A stretch of DNA of 64,000 bases, from NCBI GenBank assembly GCA_964019425.1, contig OZ025785.1, forward strand, positions 1,302,001 to 1,366,000, given 5' to 3'. This document shows, in pieces, positions 51,680-60,620 of this stretch. A program made the translations under genes and the position numbers. A model generated the notes under the pieces. That model was not told where the DNA came from. It was given only the letters and a program-made list of their open reading frames with translations, and ran no database searches. Within the stretch, counting starts at the first letter, position 1. Each line of letters opens with the position of its first letter. The DNA comes from Flectonema sp. DT1601 (lineage: Eukaryota).

Positions 51680-52747
51680 ATGAGGGAGGCAACTCCCAGC
51701 TTTGCTCACACGAATCCTAATTTTAACATCAATTTGGGAAGTGATGACTTGCTGGTTTCAATAGCGCGGAAACCAGCAACATATGTAAGAGGTGATGTAT
51801 ATGATCAAACTAATAGATACAGATTAAATATGTTATCTGCGCCTTATGGATCAATGTTACGATTTCAAGACAAGGGTGTCCCACCAACACTCCGTGAACT
51901 TGTTGAAAATAGCGCACTCTCCAAGGCACAAGATACAAAACATCGGGTAAGAGGTCAATCATACGAACCGAGTACTTCCGCATCACCTTCTAGACTTCGA
52001 ATAGCAGCCCCTAAAGGAGAATCAATGTACAGAGAAAAGTACCAATACAATAAAGATTTTATTAACGCTTCTAATGTCGCAAATGCTAGGCAACGGGCTT
52101 TCTCAAAGAAAAGACACGCTGCCACGAAGCCTCCATTCGAAGCTGGTCTGTTTACACACATACACGGACCTATGAGTTCTTTATATGCTCAAAGCTTCAG
52201 CCCTGATAAGCTTGATAAGGTAATGGAGTTGGCCTCGCAAGTATCATCATCTGAGAAGAGATTAAACGCTGCTTACAGTTCATTGCAACCGTTTAAAAGA
52301 CGTCCTTTGGTTTGGAGAAAGCGACTCGCAGTTGAAAAGGCGCGTCAAGAAGCTGCTCAATCAGAACTTTGTAATGATCCTGAAATTCAGATTAGTGATC
52401 TTCCAATCCCTGAAAGACCCGGTACTCCTCCAGGTGAGCCTCCAGAAAACTCTCCTTTAGATGAGTCAATTAGGAGGATGGTAACACCTCCATTTGTAAA
52501 ATCCTCTTCACCACAACATGATATCGATCTCTCTGGTCGGATAGCTGATCCTGGTGTTGCTAATGTTGACAGGAAGGTAATGGAAGCAGGTAGAATTAGA
52601 AGGAATGCACCTCCGCAACTCCACATCAAACGAGACAATTCTGCTGAGGAAATCGCTATCGCGCGAAAGTGTTGGTGGGCTCCAACACCTCCACACTCTG
52701 CGGGACGAAACAAAAGAAAACCTATTGTCAAGAAGTACAGAACATAG
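51680..52747 (+). CDS. Hypothetical protein
   Basis: 355-aa ORF following a ttttttcag acceptor-like site; no recognisable domain. Confidence 0.65.
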   Translation: MREATPSFAHTNPNFNINLGSDDLLVSIARKPATYVRGDVYDQTNRYRLNMLSAPYGSMLRFQDKGVPPTLRELVENSALSKAQDTKHRVRGQSYEPSTSASPSRLRIAAPKGESMYREKYQYNKDFINASNVANARQRAFSKKRHAATKPPFEAGLFTHIHGPMSSLYAQSFSPDKLDKVMELASQVSSSEKRLNAAYSSLQPFKRRPLVWRKRLAVEKARQEAAQSELCNDPEIQISDLPIPERPGTPPGEPPENSPLDESIRRMVTPPFVKSSSPQHDIDLSGRIADPGVANVDRKVMEAGRIRRNAPPQLHIKRDNSAEEIAIARKCWWAPTPPHSAGRNKRKPIVKKYRT

Positions 52748-53335
52748 TTTCTGTTCCTTGCGATTATCCAGACTGGTGAGATAGCCGCTGTTTTTTACAA
52801 GTAGCAGGTAAGGTTTTCTATCAGTTCCTAAACTGTTCAAAAGCTATGAATGTGTTTAGTGAAAATTATGACGTTGATATCGTCACACTGCTGCAGCATT
52901 GCAAGCAACCACCCAGAAATAGAAATCCAACCAACCAACGAACCAACTAACCAAAAAAACCGAATTCGCATCGGAGCAGCAGGGTCGTTATATCCCAACG
53001 ACCAGGCGCGCTCAAATAAATATCACTTTTGTATCTGCCGCCTACTTAATAAAAAAAAAAATAGCACCGCAGCGGACGGTTGTACTGTTTCCCTATCTGC
53101 CCATCCTTTTTCGTTATCGCTGCGAAGCGTTTTACTGCAATAGCCAATTCCAAGTTAGTTGTTGAGATTAATGTTATCGTTCTTTTGTTTACCAGTCTCA
53201 TGTAGTCTAAGTTCCCAGCAGATAGGTGAAGAGTGAAGCAGACTCACACAGGTGATCGTTAGCACAGCACCAATAACATTATAATATTATGTCGATTTGT
53301 TAATACTTCATTACTTATTCAGCAACACATAACAA

Positions 53336-53929
53336 ATGAAGCTCACTGGATTATTCTTCGCCTTGGCTTTATGCCTAATTCCAACTGTGGAAGCCGGAAA
53401 GAAGAAGGGTGGAAAAGTTACGAGTAAGGTTTTTTTTGACATCGAAATCGACGGAAAGGAGGCTGGTCAAATCGTGATTGGATTGTTCGGAAAGGAAACA
53501 CCAAAAACTGTTGAAAACTTTGAAAAACTTGCAAGTGGAGAAAAGGGTTTCGGATACGAAGGATCAAGCTTCCACAGGGTAATTAAGGGATTTATGTTGC
53601 AGGGTGGTGATTTCACAAACGGTGATGGAACTGGAGGAAAATCAATTTACGGAGAGAAGTTCGCTGATGAAAACTTCGTTCACACTCACTTTGTTGGATG
53701 CCTGTCAATGGCTAATGCTGGAAAGGACACGAACGGATCTCAATTCTTTATTACCACCGCTGAGACTCCTCACCTTGACGGAAAACACGTTGTTTTCGGT
53801 AAGATTGTCGCTGGAATGAAAATTGTTCGCACCATTGAGAACAACAAAACTGGACAGAGTGACCGCCCAGTGAAGGAGGTTAAGATTGTGAAGTCTGGGA
53901 TCTTGGACTGGAAACCAAAATCTGCATAG
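53336..53929 (+). CDS. Cyclophilin-type peptidyl-prolyl isomerase with signal peptide (CypB-like)
   Basis: [45 protein letters not shown] and LDGKHVVFG motifs. Confidence 0.96.
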   Translation: MKLTGLFFALALCLIPTVEAGKKKGGKVTSKVFFDIEIDGKEAGQIVIGLFGKETPKTVENFEKLASGEKGFGYEGSSFHRVIKGFMLQGGDFTNGDGTGGKSIYGEKFADENFVHTHFVGCLSMANAGKDTNGSQFFITTAETPHLDGKHVVFGKIVAGMKIVRTIENNKTGQSDRPVKEVKIVKSGILDWKPKSA

Positions 53930-54243
53930 ACAGCTGGTTTTAAACAAGGTTAAAAAAAAAATTTAAAAAAAAAAAAAAAAGAAAATTTAGAAAAAAGTGA
54001 GTGACTCTCTCATCGCAAAGTGAAATGGTCTTCCGTTTTCGCTTTGCATTTCAGCTGTTAGTAACTGAAGAGAAAAAAGAATTATTTCCAAAGTAAAACA
54101 ATGAGCGTCAACCATGTGCGTTAGTAATGAAAATACTTGTTACTTCATCGTTTACAATAAGGTCTGAGGATTTGGAAGGTTCGTTCAAAAGAAAAAAATC
54201 AAATCAAAGTCATTCACTGTCCCTCTCCAGATTAACAAATAAA

Positions 54244-57200
54244 ATGGCAGGAGCCGGTGGGTTGGCTAACCTGTACGGCACTGAGAAGGATAGAGTAAAC
54301 TGTCCTTTTTACTTTAAAACTGGTGCCTGCAGACACGGTGACAAATGTACAAGATTACACAACAAACCAGTAACAAGTCAGACTCTTATGCTTCCACATA
54401 TGTACCTCAACCCGATCGCTGCTCCAGTAGTTAACGCTCAGGGAATGTATGTATTCGATCTCTTTTTTTTTTTGTTTCCCGTACTCGTATTTGGACTTTT
54501 GTTACTTAGGCAGGTTTATCAATTCCGTGATGATAAAAACTAATAATTTGGCAATTTGCGTGTGAACTTCTTGTTTTGATCAGAATAATTAGAAGACGAG
54601 ACTGACATACTTCACTCTTTTTCTCTCACTCGTTGTTGTTGTTGTTGTTATTGCATTCCCCTTCTTCATCTTAATATCTCGTGATGACAATGACACATTA
54701 GTGTAGTGCGCATCTGACCGTTGGAATTCTATTCCTCGGGATGGGAATACAACTGACTCGCTCTTGCTGACAATACTGCTGCTTCTGTTCCTGTTCGATT
54801 CCATGATGACAAAAACTAATAATTTGGCAATTTGCGTGTGAACTTCTTGTTTTGATCAGAATAATTAGAAGACGAGACTGACACACTTCTCTCTTTTCCT
54901 CTCACTCTTTGTTGTAGCTGTTGTTGCATTCCCCTTCTGCATCTTAATATCTCGTGATGACAATGACACATTAGTGTAGTGCGCATCTGACCGTTGGAAT
55001 TCTATTCCTCGGGATGGGAATACAACTGACTCGCTCTTGCTGACAATACTGCTGCTTCTGTTCCTGTTCGATTCCGTGATGACAGAAACTAATAATTTGG
55101 CAATTTGCGTGTGAACTTCTTGTTTTGATCAGAATAATTAGAAGACGAGACTGACATACTTCACTCTTTTTCTCTCACTCGTTGTTGTTGTTGTTGTTGC
55201 TGTTGTTGCATTCCCCTTCTTCATCTTAATATCTCGTGATGACAATGACACATTAGTGTAGTGCGCATCTGACCGTTGGAATTCTATTCCTCGGGATGGG
55301 AATACAACTGACTCGCTCTTGCTGACAATACTGCTGCTTCTGTTCCTGTTCGATTCCATGATGACAAAAACTAATAATTTGGCAATTTGCGTGTGAACTT
55401 CTTGTTTTGATCAGAATAATTAGAAGACGAGACTGACATACTTCACTCTTTTTCTCTCACTCGTTGTTGTTGTTGTTGTTATTGCATTCCCCTTCTTCAT
55501 CTTAATATCTCGTGATGACAATGACACATTAGTGTAGTGCGCATCTGACCGTTGGAATTCTATTCCTCGGGATGGGAATACAACTGACTCGCTCTTGCTG
55601 ACAATACCGCTGCATCTGTTCCTGTTCGATTCCGTGATGACAAAAACTAATAATTTGGCAATTTGCGTGTGAACTTCTTGTTTTGATCAGAATAATTAGA
55701 AGACGAGACTGACACACTTCCATCTTTTCCTCTCACTCTTTGTTGTTGCTGTTGCATTCCCCTTCTTCATCTTAATATCTCGTGATGACAATGACACATT
55801 AGTGTAGTGCGCATCTGACCGTTGGAATTCTATTCCTCGGGATGGGAATACAACTGACTCGCTCTTGCTGACAATACTGCTGCTTCTGTTCCTGTTCGAT
55901 TCCATGATGACAAAAACTAATAATTTGGCAATTTGCGTGTGAACTTCTTGTTTTGATCAGAATAATTAGAAGACGAGACTGACATACTTCCCTCTTTTCC
56001 TCTCACTCTTTGTTGTAGCTGTTGTTGCATTCCCCTTCTTCATCTTAATATCTCGTGATGACAATGACACATTAGTGTAGTGCGCATCTGACCGTTGGAA
56101 TTCTATTCCTCGGGATGGGAATACAACTGACTCGCTCTTGCTGACCATACTGCTGCTTCTGTTCCTGTTCGATTCCATGATGACAAAAACTAATAATTTG
56201 GCAATTTGCGTGTGAACTTCTTGTTTTGATCAGAATAATTAGAAGACGAGACTGACATACTTCCCTCTTTTCCTCTCACTCTTTGTTGTAGCTGTTGTTG
56301 CATTCCCCTTCTTCATCTTAATATCTCGTGATGACAATGACACATTAGTGTAGTGCGCATCTGACCGTTGGAATTCTATTCCTCGGGATGGGAATACAAC
56401 TGACTCGCTCTTGCTGACCATACTGCTGCTTCTGTTCCTGTTCGATTCCATGATGACAAAAACTAATAATTTGGCAATTTGCGTGTGAACTTCTTGTTTT
56501 GATCAGAATAATTAGAAGACGAGACTGACACACTTCCATCTTTTCCTCTCACTCTTTGTTGTTGCTGTTGCATTCCCCTTCTTCATCTTAATATCTCGTG
56601 ATGACAATGACACATTAGTGTAGTGCGCATCTGACCGTTGGAATTCTATTCCTCGGGATGGGAATACAACTGACTCGCTCTTGCTGACAATACTGCTGCT
56701 TCTGTTCCTGTTCGATTCCATGATGACAAAAACTAATAATTTGGCAATTTGCGTGTGAACTTCTTGTTTTGATCAGAATAATTAGAAGACGAGACTGACA
56801 TACTTCCCTCTTTTCCTCTCACTCTTTGTTGTAGCTGTTGTTGCATTCCCCTTCTTCATCTTAATATCTCGTGATGACAATGACACATTAGTGTAGTGCG
56901 CATCTGACCGTTGGAATTCTATTCCTCGGGATGGGAATACAACTGACTCGCTCTTGCTGACCATACTGCTGCTTCTGTTCCTGTTCGATTCCATGATGAC
57001 AAAAACTAATAATTTGGCAATTTGCGTGTGAACTTCTTGTTTTGATCAGAATAATTAGAAGACGAGACTGACATACTTCACTCTTTTTCTCTCACTCGTT
57101 GTTGTTGTTGTTGTTGCTGTTGTTGCATTCCCCTTCTTCATCTTAATATCTCGTGATGACAATGACACATTAGTGTAGTGCGCATCTGACCGTTGGAATT

Positions 57201-60196
57201 CTATTCCTCGGGATGGGAATACAACTGACTCGCTCTTGCTGACAATACTGCTGCTTCTGTTCCTGTTCGATTCCATGATGACAAAAACTAATAATTTGGC
57301 AATTTGCGTGTGAACTTCTTGTTTTGATCAGAATAATTAGAAGACGAGACTGACATACTTCACTCTTTTTCTCTCACTCGTTGTTGTTGTTGTTGTTATT
57401 GCATTCCGCTTCTTCATCTTAATATCTCGTGATGACAATGACACATTAGTGTAGTGCGCATCTGACCGTTGGAATTCTATTCCTCGGGATGGGAATACAA
57501 CTGACTCGCTCTTGCTGACAATACCGCTGCATCTGTTCCTGTTCGATTCCGTGATGACAAAAACTAATAATTTGGCAATTTGCGTGTGAACTTCTTGTTT
57601 TGATCAGAATAATTAGAAGACGAGACTGACACACTTCCATCTTTTCCTCTCACTCTTTGTTGTTGCTGTTGCATTCCCCTTCTTCATCTTAATATCTCGT
57701 GATGACAATGACACATTAGTGTAGTGCGCATCTGACCGTTGGAATTCTATTCCTCGGGATGGGAATACAACTGACTCGCTCTTGCTGACAATACTGCTGC
57801 TTCTGTTCCTGTTCGATTCCATGATGACAAAAACTAATAATTTGGCAATTTGCGTGTGAACTTCTTGTTTTGATCAGAATAATTAGAAGACGAGACTGAC
57901 ATACTTCCCTCTTTTCCTCTCACTCTTTGTTGTAGCTGTTGTTGCATTCCCCTTCTTCATCTTAATATCTCGTGATGACAATGACACATTAGTGTAGTGC
58001 GCATCTGACCGTTGGAATTCTATTCCTCGGGATGGGAATACAACTGACTCGCTCTTGCTGACCATACTGCTGCTTCTGTTCCTGTTCGATTCCATGATGA
58101 CAAAAACTAATAATTTGGCAATTTGCGTGTGAACTTCTTGTTTTGATCAGAATAATTAGAAGACGAGACTGACATACTTCACTCTTTTTCTCTCACTCGT
58201 TGTTGTTGTTGTTGTTATTGCATTCCGCTTCTTCATCTTAATATCTCGTGATGACAATGACACATTAGTGTAGTGCGCATCTGACCGTTGGAATTCTATT
58301 CCTCGGGATGGGAATACAACTGACTCGCTCTTGCTGACAATACTGCTGCTTCTGTTCCTGTTCGATTCCATGATGACAAAAACTAATAATTTGGCAATTT
58401 GCGTGTGAACTTCTTGTTTTGATCAGAATAATTAGAAGACGAGACTGACATACTTCCCTCTTTTCCTCTCACTCTTTGTTGTAGCTGTTGTTGCATTCCC
58501 CTTCTTCATCTTAATATCTCGTGATGACAATGACACATTAGTGTAGTGCGCATCTGACCGTTGGAATTCTATTCCTCGGGATGGGAATACAACTGACTCG
58601 CTCTTGCTGACAATACTGCTGCTTCTGTTCCTGTTCGATTCCGTGATGACAAAAACTAATAATTTGGCAATTTGCGTGTGAACTTCTTGTTTTGATCAGA
58701 ATAATTAGAAGACGAGACTGACACACTTCCATCTTTTCCTCTCACTCTTTGTTGTTGCTGTTGCATTCCCCTTCTTCATCTTAATATCTCGTGATGACAA
58801 TGACACATTAGTGTAGTGCGCATCTGACCGTTGGAATTCTATTCCTCGGGATGGGAATACAACTGACTCGCTCTTGCTGACAATACTGCTGCTTCTGTTC
58901 CTGTTCGATTCCATGATGACAAAAACTAATAATTTGGCAATTTGCGTGTGAACTTCTTGTTTTGATCAGAATAATTAGAAGACGAGACTGACATACTTCA
59001 CTCTTTTTCTCTCACTCGTTGTTGTTGTTGTTGTTATTGCATTCCGCTTCTTCATCTTAATATCTCGTGATGACAATGACACATTAGTGTAGTGCGCATC
59101 TGACCGTTGGAATTCTATTCCTCGGGATGGGAATACAACTGACTCGCTCTTGCTGACAATACTGCTGCTTCTGTTCCTGTTCGATTCCATGATGACAAAA
59201 ACTAATAATTTGGCAATTTGCGTGTGAACTTCTTGTTTTGATCAGAATAATTAGAAGACGAGACTGACACACTTCTCTCTTTTCCTCTCACTCTTTGTTG
59301 TAGCTGTTGTTGCATTCCCCTTCTTCATCTTAATATCTCGTGATGACAATGACACATACTCAGAGGGATGATAATCTTATTAATATCTTGCAATGGTCTT
59401 TAGAAAGTTCTTTGATATGAGTAATATTTTGAAACTAATATCTCCTTTGCAAGGTGATCTATTTATAATAAACAACCAACAGCCCTGAAGAGTACGACAA
59501 GCGTTACCTAAGAGATCACTTTGAAGATTTTTACGAAGACACTTTTGAAGAATTGATGAAGGTGTGTATTTAACAAAAAAGTTTTATTTTGTTGTAAAGT
59601 ATTCTGCTAAGATTTACTTAAAGAAAGAGGAAAAAAAATATAAAAAAAACAAACAGCTTGGAGAAATATTAGAGCTGAATATTGTTGACAATGTCTGTGA
59701 GCACTTGTTGGGTAATGTTTACGTAAAATTTGCGACGGAAGAGGATGCTGAAAACGCTCATAAGAATCTTGCTGGAAGATTCTATGCAGGTAGAATGCTT
59801 ATGCCAGAATACGTTCCTGTAACTGACTTCCACGAGTCAAGTTGTAGACAATACGAGGAGAATGAATGTGAAAGAGGAGGATTGTGCAACTTTATGCACT
59901 TGAAGGGTGTTTCTAAGAAATTGCTCAGAGACTTGTTTTCAGAACAAAAAAAACTGTACAAAGACAGACGTAAGGAGAGAAAGAGAAAGGAGAGAGCTGA
60001 AGGTAGAGCACCCTCTGAAGAAGATACCAAAGATAGAGTTGTTCGTCAAGATAACCCAGATGATGATGATGAACCTGTTTTTGGAATGGGACGGCCAGTC
60101 GCAGCAGCTAAACGTGAGCGAGAGACATCTGAAGAGCGTCGTGTCCGTCTTCGTGATGCTTATGAAAAAAAGCACGGTAAGCGTCAATGGGTCTAA
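54244..60196 (+). CDS. U2AF1: Splicing factor U2AF 35-kDa subunit; join(54244..54446,59483..59561,59657..60196)
   Basis: Exon 1 has [32 protein letters not shown] (ZnF1). Exon 2 has (I)[26 protein letters not shown]. Exon 3 has [25 protein letters not shown]...[23 protein letters not shown] junctions join in frame (AT|C = Ile). Confidence 0.95.
54527..54605 (+). ncRNA. Box C/D snoRNA A (first of 18 copies; last at 59189-59267); double guide for the SSU Am (U16/snR87) and LSU Gm (snR75) sites
   Basis: Box C RTGATGA. Guide GGCAATTTGCGT before D' GTGA is complementary to SSU GCGCAAAUUGCC. Guide TAATTAGAAGACGAG-A before box D CTGA is complementary to LSU CUCGUCUUCUAAUUA. Confidence 0.88.
54681..54770 (+). 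ncRNA. Box C/D snoRNA B (first of 17 complete copies; last at 59067-59156; truncated 18th at 59340-59357)
   Basis: Box C GTGATGA. Guide CATTAGTGTAGTGCGC-AT before D' CTGA is complementary to SSU GCGCRCUACACURAUG. Internal hairpin GTTG..TATTCC/GGAATA.CAAC. A second putative guide TGACTCGCTCTTG precedes the terminal CTGA. Confidence 0.8.
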
Positions 60197-60620
60197 TCCA
60201 AAGAGATTGATTAGTGTTCCCCCATCAAACCCCTTTAGTTTAATTAGTGTTTTTGGCCAACCACACACTGGCTTTAAATGGTGTGGCAAGTCACCTTAAC
60301 AATCAGAATAGGTGCTCCATTCGCCAAGTAGCACACCAGAAAAAAGACTCAATGGAAATTACTTCGCGTCGTTTATTATTTTCGGTTATTTTGGTATTGC
60401 TAGCACCACATCTTTGTAGACAGGTTGTTTTAAATATGAAACTAATTCGGTTTATTTTTTTGTAGCGAAGGTTTCTGGTGTCATTCTCAACAAAAAATAA
60501 TCAGTCAGGCGAGTAGGAATCTTTGCAATTTTATTGAATGATTGGAAACTATTCGATGGAAAGTTACATAAAATCAAGTTCCTCTCAAAGCTATACACAA
60601 ACCCCTACAAGGAAATAAAA

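Larger units (their letters stand above)
54522..59357 (+). repeat. Tandem array of 18 units (270-282 bp; last unit partial) within U2AF35 intron 1
   Basis: Unit starts (box C of snoRNA A) at 54527, 54803, 55076, 55358, 55634, 55904, 56177, 56450, 56720, 56993, 57275, 57551, 57821, 58094, 58370, 58643, 58913 and 59189. Length variation is confined to a (GTT)n spacer. Confidence 0.98.

Noticed and set aside
54589..59272. Repeated minus-strand ORFs (MESNRNRSS..., MEVCQSRLL...) as a tandem peptide gene family
   Set aside because: They are antisense to the host gene, the ATG is lost in several units, and conservation is better explained by the + strand C/D boxes and rRNA guides. The 3-nt indels come from a GTT microsatellite.
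54522..59357. CRISPR array or plain satellite DNA
   Set aside because: Eukaryotic context, no unique spacers and no cas genes. The units contain box motifs with correctly positioned rRNA complementarity.
59340..59420. A third snoRNA at the end of the array
   Set aside because: It has box C and 11 nt of snoRNA B, then diverges with no convincing guide or CTGA box. Treated as a truncated copy.
59770..59800. U2AF35 has GRFYAG instead of the Trp-containing motif of the human protein
   Set aside because: Phe at this position also occurs in plant orthologs, so it is not good evidence of altered U2AF65 binding.
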